From IMG/VR virus record IMGVR_UViG_3300017748_000001, positions 1 through 64,000 of that record: a stretch of DNA of 64,000 nt. One strand, given 5' to 3'. The number at the start of each line of letters is the position of its first letter. Position 1 is the stretch's first letter. This DNA is from a virus. The position numbers and the translations under genes were made by a program. Positions 25,715 to 35,679 of the stretch are shown piece by piece. The notes under the pieces were generated by a model that made no database searches, was not told the origin of the DNA, and was given only the letters and a program-made list of their open reading frames with translations.

Positions 25715-27769
25715 CTATACAGATCCAACAATTTCTTCAAAATCTGTTCCAGTTCTTGTAGCAACAAAGTTTAACTGGATGAAGTTGATAGACCTAGCAG
25801 GTTTAATGAAGATGTCACCAACAAACTCATTACTGTCAACAACTTGAGCAGTATTATTTGTTGAGTCACAAACAACCTTAAAGTCAAATATACCTCTACG
25901 ACCCTTTACTTCTCGTAGGAAAGGTTCGACCAGAGATACAAATTGTGAACGTGTGAATTCATCATTCATTTCGAACAAAGTAAACTTAGATGCTGTTGCA
26001 ATAGTCTTCTCTAGAACAATAAACAATCTTCTTACATTAATTCTGTCAAAGGCACTTGGTTTAGTGGTGAACGTCTTGTCACCATAAAGAACTGTACCTT
26101 GGCCTGGGAATGTAACAACTGGGTTTAGAGCCTTTCTGTAAAGATCGTCTCTGTTTGCCTTTGTTTGTGTCCAAGCAGTCTTAACAACATTCTTGATAAC
26201 TCCACGGTTGAAACCAGCAGGAGAGAACCAAGGATCTCTTTCACTATCAGTTCTTGCCATAAGACCAGCGATGTCTCCGTTTAAAGGAACCCATCGATAC
26301 TTATCATTGTACTTGTCGTATTGATACTTGTAGTTTGAATCTACAAATGCATAATTGCTGTTACTTGTCATTGTAGAAGTGAAATAACTAATAACGTCAG
26401 ATGCTGGAGATGAGCCTGCACAATCTACATATCGTGCAGATATCAGAGCGACTGCATCTCTTCGACCAGCGGCAACTGTGTCGATGATATGTGTTTGTAC
26501 TGTATTGCCGTCTGTAATATCTCCCCACTCTCCAGACATCACTAAGGCAACATCTGTAGTTTCTGAATCTTCAAATACGCTATATCCAGAAATTGCTTCT
26601 CCGGCAGTTGGAACAGAACCTTCCGATCCACCAGAAAATTCTACATATACTATAGAACTTAAGGTTGCAAATGTTGTTCCTAGAGATGGTGTTCCCCAGT
26701 TTGTACCTTCTGTGGTGTGGTTTACTGCAAATATATAATCGGAATATTCGTTTACATAGTCTATATAGTAAATATTTGTTCCGTCTTCGAGCTTTCCATC
26801 AGATGCTTTTGATAAGAATGAAAATTTTTCAATAACTTTATCTGTTCCAGATTCAGAAGAACATACAAGGATATGTACTTCTCCAGTGACTGGGGCTCCA
26901 GAAAATTCATTTTGCAGCGTTGATGATAAACTAGAGAATGTTCCGGAATCTACCATATAAACTTTTAAAAAATTACCATGCGGGCCCGGAGTTCTTGCAA
27001 CAAATTCAGAACCACCGGCCTGACCGGATCCAAACGCAACATCACTTTCAGTCCCAACTAATACTGGGGTATATGCAAATGACGTAACTGTTGGGCCCTT
27101 GACTGTAATTGTGATATCACTTGTCGGGGCAGTTGAGAAGTCAATTGATTGACCACTAACAGTAAAATCAACACCAATACTAAATCCGTCCACTTCTACT
27201 GTGTCATTTGCCCCAACTGTTTGAGAAACTTCAAATTTACTTCTCGCGGGAACATCTACAAGAATAGTTCCGGTTGGAGCCGATCCAAATGTCAAAGTTG
27301 TTCCATCACCTGTAAAGTCTGTAGTCGCAGTTCCGTCCACAGTTACCGTGAGAGTTTCGTCGTAAGTAACTCTAGATAAGGTAAATGTTGTATCTGCGCC
27401 GTTACCAGTGAATGTTTCTCCACTTATTGCAGAGACAGCAGTTCCTGTTTCTGTTGCAAGAGTAGGAGTCGATGTAGTAGGGACTCCTGCGACTGCGTTT
27501 AATGTTCCACTTCCGACAACTCTAGAAACTTGCAAGTTCCCAGCATATGCCAAGAAATTCGCAGCGGTGTAAAAAGATCTATAGTTTTGGTCTGTTGGTT
27601 TACCAAAAACTTGCGCCAATTCAGTTTCACTAGAAACCGTAACTATTTCACCTACTGGGCCTTTTGCAAATTGACCCACCAAAGCACCTACGGATACCGC
27701 AGCTGCTGGAGTGGTGGTAGTTAGGTCTACTTCTGATACATTAACGCCGGGACTTACTTGAAATGGCAT
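25715..27769 (-). CDS. 18: Tail sheath protein (T4 gp18)
   Basis: SPGVNVSEVDLT, WFSPAG.NRG, FDRINVRRLF, IKPARSINFI.LNFVA. Confidence 0.97.
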   Translation of the reverse strand: MPFQVSPGVNVSEVDLTTTTPAAAVSVGALVGQFAKGPVGEIVTVSSETELAQVFGKPTDQNYRSFYTAANFLAYAGNLQVSRVVGSGTLNAVAGVPTTSTPTLATETGTAVSAISGETFTGNGADTTFTLSRVTYDETLTVTVDGTATTDFTGDGTTLTFGSAPTGTILVDVPARSKFEVSQTVGANDTVEVDGFSIGVDFTVSGQSIDFSTAPTSDITITVKGPTVTSFAYTPVLVGTESDVAFGSGQAGGSEFVARTPGPHGNFLKVYMVDSGTFSSLSSTLQNEFSGAPVTGEVHILVCSSESGTDKVIEKFSFLSKASDGKLEDGTNIYYIDYVNEYSDYIFAVNHTTEGTNWGTPSLGTTFATLSSIVYVEFSGGSEGSVPTAGEAISGYSVFEDSETTDVALVMSGEWGDITDGNTVQTHIIDTVAAGRRDAVALISARYVDCAGSSPASDVISYFTSTMTSNSNYAFVDSNYKYQYDKYNDKYRWVPLNGDIAGLMARTDSERDPWFSPAGFNRGVIKNVVKTAWTQTKANRDDLYRKALNPVVTFPGQGTVLYGDKTFTTKPSAFDRINVRRLFIVLEKTIATASKFTLFEMNDEFTRSQFVSLVEPFLREVKGRRGIFDFKVVCDSTNNTAQVVDSNEFVGDIFIKPARSINFIQLNFVATRTGTDFEEIVGSV

Positions 27770-27831
27770 TTTATCATCTCCTTAAAATTTATCATAAACT
27801 CATTAGTTTAAGTATATTCTTCTTTGATTAA

Positions 27832-27839
27832 TATTTATA
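27832..27839 (-). promoter_or_regulatory. Late promoter for gp18
   Basis: TATAAATA. Confidence 0.85.
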
Positions 27840-27861
27840 AAAAAAGTGTTTTTTAATAATC

Positions 27862-29484
27862 TCAAAGACTATTTTCGACAACCTGCCAGACTTGACCTTC
27901 ATCGTCTGAAAAATTCTCAAATTCTGCACCATCTTGGATGTACCCAAACGGCGTCATATTCTCTTCTAACATACGAATTCTTTCTTCGTAAATTTCTCTT
28001 CTGGTGTCTAAATCGGACAGTTCTTTGAAATACGCATCAGTGACCATCCAAGAAAATAAAATCAAGGTATCTACCATGTCATCGGTTCTACCGTTCTCGG
28101 CCTCGTATTTGTGACCCTTCGAAACAAAAGTTGTTAACTCGTTTATGGTATCGAAGTCGTTTATAATTAATTTATTTTCTTCAACCAAACTCTTCATATT
28201 AAAACAACCGATTTTTTTTGTTGACTTAGTTGTTCTGATTCCCATCGTAAAGGCTTTACCGAAACCAGAACTAATCGACTGGCCTTTGCGAGTATCATTG
28301 TGAATCGAAATAATATTTTCGTACTCGAGCTCATGATATAAAATATCGCTAACCTGTTGCCCTACGTCATTAATTTCTACTAGTATATACGCATTATTAT
28401 ACTGAACTGCTATTCCTTTTATAAGTGTCGGATATACCATCGGCGGCATTTCGTTGGATCTGAATGTTGCTACCTGTTTATATGGAACTTCTGATGCGTC
28501 AATTACCGATAGTGCAGAGTAATCCTGACCCCTTCCTCTACTCACATCTACAGTAATAAAGTATGTACTTGTTTCTTTAGGCTCCTCATATATCTTTACT
28601 GTTCCATTGCGAGTCATCTTTATGGGAGAACTATAAGAAAGATTTTTTAATTTCGCAGTATTAATGAGAGTATTAGTACTACCTAAAAACTCGGTCTCAA
28701 ACTCCTGCCGAAATTGTTCTTCAGAAGTATTCTTAATTGTTTCTTCTTTCCATTTTTCATCACGGCCCGGAACCTCAGACCAATGAACTTCTATAGATTT
28801 ATAAGAATTGGTATTTTGAATTGAATCATTCCAAAGTTTATAGAAATGATTCATACCTTGTGGAGTAGATACAATAATAACTTTAGTAGAAGCACCAGAT
28901 GAAATTGTAGGATACACCGAATTAAAAAACTCTTCTGCAATTTCATTTGGTACGAACGCAAATTCGTCTAAGAATAGGATATTGAAGGATCCACCTCTTA
29001 TAGCAGAGGATGAAGTCGCAGCAGCCATTATCTTTGCACCATTCTCTAATTCTATATTAGTCTTGTTCCAAACCAATACTCCCTGTTGTAACCAAAGAGG
29101 AAGATTCTCATACGCCCTCTGAAGTCTACTGAGAAGTTCTCTAGCGGTTGCAAGTTTGTTTGCAAGAAGAGCAACAGATACATCTTTATTGAAGAGTATA
29201 TAATGAAGGAAGAATGCGATACAAGTGATAGACTTTCCTGACTGTCTCCCAATTTTGCATATAGTAAATCTTTCCTCGTGGAAAGTTTGAATCATATTTT
29301 CTTGAAATGGATATAATTCAAAAGGAACTAGTCCAACATCTAGGTTTACAATCTTCATATATTTCTTGATGAAATACACTGGATTCTCTAGACACTTAAC
29401 ATATTCCTGTGCTTGTTCTTGAGTCCATTGAATCTCAACCCCTGCGTTTTTTAGGTTGGGATTATTTAAATAGATATCACTCAT
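27862..29484 (-). CDS. 17: Terminase large subunit (T4 gp17)
   Basis: YLNNPNLK, RQSGKS, LDEFAFV, STP.G.NHFY, VDVSRG.G.DYS, DD.V. Confidence 0.97.
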   Translation of the reverse strand: MSDIYLNNPNLKNAGVEIQWTQEQAQEYVKCLENPVYFIKKYMKIVNLDVGLVPFELYPFQENMIQTFHEERFTICKIGRQSGKSITCIAFFLHYILFNKDVSVALLANKLATARELLSRLQRAYENLPLWLQQGVLVWNKTNIELENGAKIMAAATSSSAIRGGSFNILFLDEFAFVPNEIAEEFFNSVYPTISSGASTKVIIVSTPQGMNHFYKLWNDSIQNTNSYKSIEVHWSEVPGRDEKWKEETIKNTSEEQFRQEFETEFLGSTNTLINTAKLKNLSYSSPIKMTRNGTVKIYEEPKETSTYFITVDVSRGRGQDYSALSVIDASEVPYKQVATFRSNEMPPMVYPTLIKGIAVQYNNAYILVEINDVGQQVSDILYHELEYENIISIHNDTRKGQSISSGFGKAFTMGIRTTKSTKKIGCFNMKSLVEENKLIINDFDTINELTTFVSKGHKYEAENGRTDDMVDTLILFSWMVTDAYFKELSDLDTRREIYEERIRMLEENMTPFGYIQDGAEFENFSDDEGQVWQVVENSL

Positions 29485-29941
29485 GATCTATGACTCGGTT
29501 CTTTCCTTTAATAACTTCTAATAGGTCATTAGTGTTTCCAACAAAGACTGCGTTGTTGTTCACCACTTTACTTGGCCCACCTTCTTTTGTGTTCTGTATC
29601 TTATTCATAGTGACTTGAAGTTCAATGAGGTCTTTTGTGAGATCCCCAGTAGTTTTCATCAATTGACCTACCACTTCGTATGCTCTTGGATGTTCGCTCT
29701 GTTTCGCAAGTTCAATGAGATTATTGAGAGTGTCCTGACCCTTCTCTACCAAGTCGTGTAGATTGTGACGATGAAAATCATAATCATTCTCTATATCTTT
29801 TTGGCGTTGTTCGTTTTTTTCTTCTTGATACTCTTGTATATCATTATTAGCTTTCACAACTAACTCTTGAGATGTTTCCTTTATCTCATTTTCAATTCCA
29901 AGAAAGTCATTAAGTCTTTCGTCTACACTTTTAGTCTTCAT
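29477..29941 (-). CDS. 16: Terminase small subunit (T4 gp16)
   Basis: A..SEHPRAYEV.GQL, NN.VFVG.T.DL. Confidence 0.9.
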   Translation of the reverse strand: MKTKSVDERLNDFLGIENEIKETSQELVVKANNDIQEYQEEKNEQRQKDIENDYDFHRHNLHDLVEKGQDTLNNLIELAKQSEHPRAYEVVGQLMKTTGDLTKDLIELQVTMNKIQNTKEGGPSKVVNNNAVFVGNTNDLLEVIKGKNRVIDHE

Positions 29942-30683
29942 TATTAAACTCTGTTATACTTTGGCTAAATCCATAATCATCAAGTTCTGTGGCAGTAGTA
30001 GGATCTACTTCATACTCTTGTTGAGAAAAATCTCTGTTTGTATCTATATTAACAATCTTTGCAGTTGACTTCTTGATTGTCTTTCTGTTGTCTTGAGAAC
30101 CATACAGATATCCTTTTAGGGTGAAACCTAAAGTCCACTCTAAAACTCTTCTTGTTTGATAATCTCCTTCATATGTATCCTGTACATCTACTGAATCCAA
30201 TATGACAGGAGTATCTCTCACTATATCCAATTCATCTACTTCCTTTATAGGCACAATAAAGGACGGAGTAAAGAAAGGAAGTATCTGTTCTAATATCTGA
30301 GTACCGTCTTCTGCATTCTTTACTAATAAAGAAAGAGTAACTGATATGTCCCAAGGAACTGGATTATAAACGAATGTTTTGTTTCCCTCTGTAGTATGCG
30401 CCCCAGTATATCCTGACATCTTGGGGAGTTTTCTTCCTGAGTCATAACTGATACCAGATATCTCAAAACTCATTCTAGGTAGGACTACTGCGACATCACT
30501 ACTCTCTGCGTTAATTCTAGAGATATACTTTTGAGCAGGCCCATAAGATAGAGGCACTCTTATAATGCTCGTGACAACTCCAGAAGAATTTTTTCTCTGG
30601 ATATCGATATCATCAAAGAGAGAACCAAATGCTATAATATAGTTCCTCAGAGTTCCTCTATATTGTGGGGTTATGCCTAACAT
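29931..30683 (-). CDS. 15: Tail sheath stabiliser / completion protein (T4 gp15)
   Basis: VPLSYGP.QK, LPRMSFE, QILEQILPFF.P, W.L.FT.KGY.YG. Confidence 0.93.
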   Translation of the reverse strand: MLGITPQYRGTLRNYIIAFGSLFDDIDIQRKNSSGVVTSIIRVPLSYGPAQKYISRINAESSDVAVVLPRMSFEISGISYDSGRKLPKMSGYTGAHTTEGNKTFVYNPVPWDISVTLSLLVKNAEDGTQILEQILPFFTPSFIVPIKEVDELDIVRDTPVILDSVDVQDTYEGDYQTRRVLEWTLGFTLKGYLYGSQDNRKTIKKSTAKIVNIDTNRDFSQQEYEVDPTTATELDDYGFSQSITEFNNED

Positions 30684-31549
30684 TAGTAACTCTCACTGAA
30701 TGGGTTGGTAACTGAGAAGTCAATAACAGAGTCAGTAGTTCCTGAGAAATCGGATCCCCCACTATTATCCACTGTATTCTCAGTTGTTTCTATATAAGTT
30801 ATTTGTTGTGTCGCACCTAAGAGATACTCTGCTGCAGAGGTTGCACCGATTGTATTTGTATTCTGTGCGAATGTTCCGGTAAGTGAACCAACTCTCAGAA
30901 CATTAGTTCCGGAGTTCCAAGAGATTACTTCTCCAGTGGCGGTTGCGTTTGCAAGATCTGCTCCCTGATATATAGTCTCACCTACAGAGAATTCCCCAGT
31001 TCCAGTTCCAAAAGTCAAGTCCACACTGAATGATGTGTTCTCAGTTCCAATATCATCTATCTCTGCAACACCAGTATCGAATGACTCATGTGAGTATTCG
31101 AAGAGCTCTGTTGTCAATCTGAATACATACATTTTGCCAAGCTGATAGAATGGCACTTCATCTTCAACAAATTGAATCTCGAAACACCTATCAACTAAAG
31201 GAAAGTATATTAAGTCTCCGGATAGAGGGATTGTTTTGCTTGTGGCTTCTGTGAATCTTTTCTTTGATACAATAACATTCAATTGATCTCGTACTTCAAG
31301 TCCGAACTTAGAAAGGAAGTCTCCTTCACCAGCAAATCCATCCGTATCTTCTATATGCATCTCTACCAGATATGCAGTATTGAATTCACTTAGAGTTGCT
31401 TCGTTGAATACAGTATCAGAGTTTACTTCAGTTCTTTCTATATAATAGAAGTCTTGACCGTGAATCTGAATAGACTCAACGACCAAATCTTCCAAAAGAT
31501 TTTGTTCAGATGCAAAGTTTGTCTGATTAAAATATTGATTGACTGCCAT
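30683..31549 (-). CDS. 14: Neck protein (T4 gp14)
   Basis: EQNLLEDLV.ESI, LSKFGL, P..GDLIYFP, FYQLGK, FEYS.E, NPF. Confidence 0.93.
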   Translation of the reverse strand: MAVNQYFNQTNFASEQNLLEDLVVESIQIHGQDFYYIERTEVNSDTVFNEATLSEFNTAYLVEMHIEDTDGFAGEGDFLSKFGLEVRDQLNVIVSKKRFTEATSKTIPLSGDLIYFPLVDRCFEIQFVEDEVPFYQLGKMYVFRLTTELFEYSHESFDTGVAEIDDIGTENTSFSVDLTFGTGTGEFSVGETIYQGADLANATATGEVISWNSGTNVLRVGSLTGTFAQNTNTIGATSAAEYLLGATQQITYIETTENTVDNSGGSDFSGTTDSVIDFSVTNPFSESY

Positions 31550-31550
31550 G

Positions 31551-32300
31551 TTAACCTACCAAGAAATCTACAGGTAATTCGTAGTTAGTAGACATCTCTT
31601 CCTCAAGTTGAGTTATCTCTTGGTTTGCTTCGTCCAAGATTCTTGTTCCACTAAATGTCATGCCGCCAGGCATTTGAATTCCTTCGTATTTCGATAGATT
31701 CTCTCCCCATTGCTTCTTTATAAGTGCAGTTGCGTATCTCTTCAACCATCTGTCATTCCAGACATCCGTATAAGTATCCGGATCCAAAACACGATACACT
31801 TCTACAATTAGATATTCATCAACACCTAGACTCTCCTCCCAGTCTATATCTAAGAATAAACGATTCTGGTGACGATTAAATCTAATCGGCACTCTTCCTG
31901 TGATCATATCATTGACTAACTGGAGATGTGACTGTGTAAGTTCATAAGTCAACAACTCCATACTTTTAAGATCATAAATTTCATTTAGATGCATTTGATA
32001 ACGAACATCAAAGAAACTTTTAGAATATCCGTCTGTCTTATCAAATAAAGGTAGAACTCTTTTGACACCAACAATCGCATCGTTGAGCTCGATGTATCCG
32101 TTTGTGATATTATCCTGAGTGACTTGATGTTTTAGATAAACCTTTTCTACCGCATCATAGTGATAGTCGCGATAGTGCTCAAACGCATCATCAACACGAT
32201 CATCTACTTGTTCGTCGGCTATGTTTATCTGGATTACAGGTTTGCCCAATTTTCTGAGACAGTATTCTTTGAATTCACTTCTGCTGGTTATTGCAGGCAT
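31551..32300 (-). CDS. 13: Neck protein (T4 gp13)
   Basis: EYCLRKLG.PVI.IN, W.KRYATALIKKQWG.NLSKY.G..MPGG. Confidence 0.95.
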   Translation of the reverse strand: MPAITSRSEFKEYCLRKLGKPVIQINIADEQVDDRVDDAFEHYRDYHYDAVEKVYLKHQVTQDNITNGYIELNDAIVGVKRVLPLFDKTDGYSKSFFDVRYQMHLNEIYDLKSMELLTYELTQSHLQLVNDMITGRVPIRFNRHQNRLFLDIDWEESLGVDEYLIVEVYRVLDPDTYTDVWNDRWLKRYATALIKKQWGENLSKYEGIQMPGGMTFSGTRILDEANQEITQLEEEMSTNYELPVDFLVG

Positions 32301-32324
32301 ACTAATACTCCTATTCTATAAGAG

Positions 32325-32332
32325 TATTTATA
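32325..32332 (-). promoter_or_regulatory. Late promoter for gp13
   Basis: TATAAATA. Confidence 0.85.
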
Positions 32333-32335
32333 TTT

Positions 32336-33355
32336 TTAGGATTTCCTTCTTTTTCTTGGTTTGTAAAAAGGAAACTTAATAACCTCTGAGTCTAGGTTTA
32401 TTTGATGTTTTTCGAAGGTTTCTTCGTTGAGATCTATCTTCTCTATACGAGCATTGACAGGAAATTCCTCCATAGGAAACTCTTTCATTCTCTGAAAGAA
32501 CATACCTTCGACATTGAACTCAAGATCCGGATCTTCTTCAAACAATATATTCTGTCTCTCAGAGAAATACGATACATTATTACCTAGACATACCGGATAG
32601 AATCTAAGGTTCTTATAATTAGAAGAGTATGTATAATGATCTAACTTAGTATATTTAGAGCTTTGATTGTCGTATAAGAATATCTCGTTATTTGAGTTGA
32701 TAGATACTTCATAATCTCCAAAGAAGAACTTCTTATCCTTGAATGCAAATCTGGGGATAGATACATCGAAGATACATACGCCAAGATTGGTGTTGATAAC
32801 CAGAGAAATCTTATTCTCTTCTTTAGTTCCTATCTCTACATTCTTGATGATTTTGTTTCTTAATTTAATCTTTCTTGCGGATTGGAAATTATTAGAAACA
32901 ATTATGATTTCACTTTGAGTGATAAAGAAGTTGTAATAGCTCTTTCCAAAGATCGCAGTCTTTGATTCTACCAGAGAATCTATTTTAAGACTAGAGGAAT
33001 TAATCCAAGCTTTCTTTCTGGCGTGACTATAATTAAGAAGCGATATGGTGTTGTTAAATACTATCGGAAAAGTATTTGTCTTTTGTTTCTCTTGAAAAAA
33101 AGTTCCAAATGTGTTAGTATTGCGAGTTCTATATTTGTACTCTATCTTGTCATTTGGAGAATAGAAAAAAAGAGATTCTTTTTTGTTTCCAATACAGAAC
33201 CCCCCTTTGTTATCATAGTTGAGGGAAAATGCGAAATTATTATCAACCTTGATGGGAAAGTTACATTCATATTTCGATGTTAACTTCTCGCCATCAAGAT
33301 TGTAATAATCATCCAAGTAGTTTATTGAGTCTTCACTCAGCGTCAATTCTTTCAT
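32336..33355 (-). CDS. Hypothetical protein (AT-rich, N/K/F/I-rich)
   Basis: 339-aa ORF filling the gap, with its own late promoter; no motif recognised. Confidence 0.65.
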   Translation of the reverse strand: MKELTLSEDSINYLDDYYNLDGEKLTSKYECNFPIKVDNNFAFSLNYDNKGGFCIGNKKESLFFYSPNDKIEYKYRTRNTNTFGTFFQEKQKTNTFPIVFNNTISLLNYSHARKKAWINSSSLKIDSLVESKTAIFGKSYYNFFITQSEIIIVSNNFQSARKIKLRNKIIKNVEIGTKEENKISLVINTNLGVCIFDVSIPRFAFKDKKFFFGDYEVSINSNNEIFLYDNQSSKYTKLDHYTYSSNYKNLRFYPVCLGNNVSYFSERQNILFEEDPDLEFNVEGMFFQRMKEFPMEEFPVNARIEKIDLNEETFEKHQINLDSEVIKFPFYKPRKRRKS

Positions 33356-33361
33356 AAAGAA

Positions 33362-33369
33362 TATTTATA
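33362..33369 (-). promoter_or_regulatory. Late promoter
   Basis: TATAAATA just upstream of ATG 33355. Confidence 0.75.
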
Positions 33370-33381
33370 TTGTATTATTAA

Positions 33382-35634
33382 CTACGGTTTCCAAATATAT
33401 GCGGAGGGATACCCATCTTCCCCACCATACTGGACACTATAACTAGATCCATATTTTCCAGTTACTGCAATAAAATCTCCTTGGACATATACTGCAGGAG
33501 CGTGACCTATAGGATATGTAAACATCCATGCATTTACGAGTGTATGAACTATACTTCCATCCGATGCACTATAAATGTCAACATCTCTTGTGTTAGCTCG
33601 ACCTGCCACAACTACATTTCCATCAAATGCAATCCCTCTGCCGAGCTGATATGCTCCATCCGATCTAGTAATATTCCCATATCCATAGTTTTGTGGGTGT
33701 TCTATTTCTGTTATCATGTTTCCGTTTGTTAGATCAAATATGTATATCTTTCCGCCTCTCTCATACCAACTATTCGTTTGAGTAAAGTCTGATCCATTCC
33801 AACCGCCAGTACCGCTTGGATGATCTGTACTAGTATAGTTTCCTGGCGAACCCACAGCAAGTTTATCTCCAACCACTACCATACTATTAAATTCAAAATT
33901 ACCCAGTCCGTCTTGTGAACCTCCCCCAAAGTATGCATAGTGAGCCTTAGATCCACCACCAACAGGAACTTTCGCCCCACTGTAGTCTGGATTATTTAAC
34001 GTATGTAATAATGTTGGAGATGCTGGATTGCTTATGTCGTATACATAAACCACCCCAACGTAAAAATGATTGTCTGCCGGGCCATCGCCCGATGCCGCAA
34101 CACACAAATATTGATTATTCATTACCATATTATCACCAAAATAATCGGAGTGTGTCGTATTACCGCCCGTTTGCCTAGCTGCAGAACTGGAGTGAGTCAA
34201 GTCAGTAATATGATTTCCGGTAGAGTTTTCAAATATTTTAACTGTTCCTGAGTTGTCATTGGTGTTAACTCTTGCCACTGCAGAGTGTGTATCGTTTACT
34301 GCAACCGCCCGACCAAAGTTTCCGACTTGAGATGCCAGAGGATCGTCCAATGTTACATATGAATTTGTGTCTGTGTTATATACATATGCTCTACCAGCCT
34401 TTGTGTATGAGTTAGCTATAGGAACCCATTCTTCTTTTGCACCAACTACAACATATCGACCATTAGGAGAGGCATCTATTTTATCGCCAAATCTATCTCC
34501 ATTTGTCTGATCAGAACTGTCCGGATACTGATTTGGATTTACAAATCCCCAGTGATCCGAATATGGATAGCCATCTAATCCGGAGGAAGAATCTAACTTC
34601 ACCCCCATAACTATACCTCTAGTGTCCGATCCTTTTTTTACTGTAGGATCTGCAAAAACAATCCAGTGTTCACCATTTTTTTCATAAGAACAAAATGATG
34701 TTGTTTTGTCGCCGTTTGGAAATTGGCCAATATTGCCAAAGATATTAAACCCACCCTGTTGATATAAGTGAAAAATACCATTTCTCTTATCTTCGCCAAT
34801 CAACGTAGGACTACTCCAATCAGTTCCAAAAGCTAGTGAGAAACTTGATGGTGTTGTTGCAACATTCACAGAGTCATCTGCAGAGAATGTTAATTCGAAT
34901 GTTGCAGGATTAGATGCGTGTGGAGTGACAGTGAACACATTGTCGCTCTGAGAAACCGTGGTTCCATTCAATGCACCAGAAGTTACTGAATGCGAAAACG
35001 ATACAGGGTCATTCTCTGGGTCTACTGCAGTCAATGTGATAACTGTAGCGGTTCCGTCCGTTGCAAGCGTATATGATGCGTCATTTCCTGATACTGTTGG
35101 TGCAGTGTTAATCAATGCAACAGCATACCAACCGTCTGCAGTTCTAATATATAATTTATTATTAGATTGGACAACCGCTTGATCTCCTGCACTTGCGTCA
35201 GTAGGAAGATCTCCGACTGTTGCGACAACTTGGAGTGCAGAAGAAGTCGGCGCAGTATATGAAACCACACCACTGTCATACGACAAATCTCCAGAGACAC
35301 TTATTGCTGGTTGTACGTTTGCTGCTTTGAGAAACTTATTGCCGCCTTCTGTAACATTGTCTGATGTACTGACTCTACCCATATCTGCATTGCCAGATCT
35401 CAACTCTTTAAGACCTTCTGACATTTCTACGAGTTCATCTACGGATGCAGCAGGAATCGCAGCAGCCATCTGAGTATCAATATCAGTTTCTACTTCTGCG
35501 TCATCTGTGAGTCCCACAAATCTGGCGGACTTAGCAAGTCTACCTAGATCTCTTGGTGTTTGACCAGCTTGGACTCGGTTTCTAATACGAGTCTTCATGT
35601 TAGTCTTTGAGTTTTCTAAATTACTATTAGGCAT
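33382..35634 (-). CDS. Virion appendage protein, class X copy 2
   Basis: N-terminus paralogous to 17406-19508, with a different propeller head. Confidence 0.7.
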   Translation of the reverse strand: MPNSNLENSKTNMKTRIRNRVQAGQTPRDLGRLAKSARFVGLTDDAEVETDIDTQMAAAIPAASVDELVEMSEGLKELRSGNADMGRVSTSDNVTEGGNKFLKAANVQPAISVSGDLSYDSGVVSYTAPTSSALQVVATVGDLPTDASAGDQAVVQSNNKLYIRTADGWYAVALINTAPTVSGNDASYTLATDGTATVITLTAVDPENDPVSFSHSVTSGALNGTTVSQSDNVFTVTPHASNPATFELTFSADDSVNVATTPSSFSLAFGTDWSSPTLIGEDKRNGIFHLYQQGGFNIFGNIGQFPNGDKTTSFCSYEKNGEHWIVFADPTVKKGSDTRGIVMGVKLDSSSGLDGYPYSDHWGFVNPNQYPDSSDQTNGDRFGDKIDASPNGRYVVVGAKEEWVPIANSYTKAGRAYVYNTDTNSYVTLDDPLASQVGNFGRAVAVNDTHSAVARVNTNDNSGTVKIFENSTGNHITDLTHSSSAARQTGGNTTHSDYFGDNMVMNNQYLCVAASGDGPADNHFYVGVVYVYDISNPASPTLLHTLNNPDYSGAKVPVGGGSKAHYAYFGGGSQDGLGNFEFNSMVVVGDKLAVGSPGNYTSTDHPSGTGGWNGSDFTQTNSWYERGGKIYIFDLTNGNMITEIEHPQNYGYGNITRSDGAYQLGRGIAFDGNVVVAGRANTRDVDIYSASDGSIVHTLVNAWMFTYPIGHAPAVYVQGDFIAVTGKYGSSYSVQYGGEDGYPSAYIWKP

Positions 35635-35679
35635 TATTGTTTCCTATTCTGAATTAATCTGTTGTGCGTATAATATCGT

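Noticed and set aside
5973-32300. Introns, inteins or homing endonucleases in core genes (gp46, uvsW, gp17, gp20, gp23)
   Set aside because: The ORFs are uninterrupted and of ordinary length, with no splice or LAGLIDADG/GIY-YIG motifs seen
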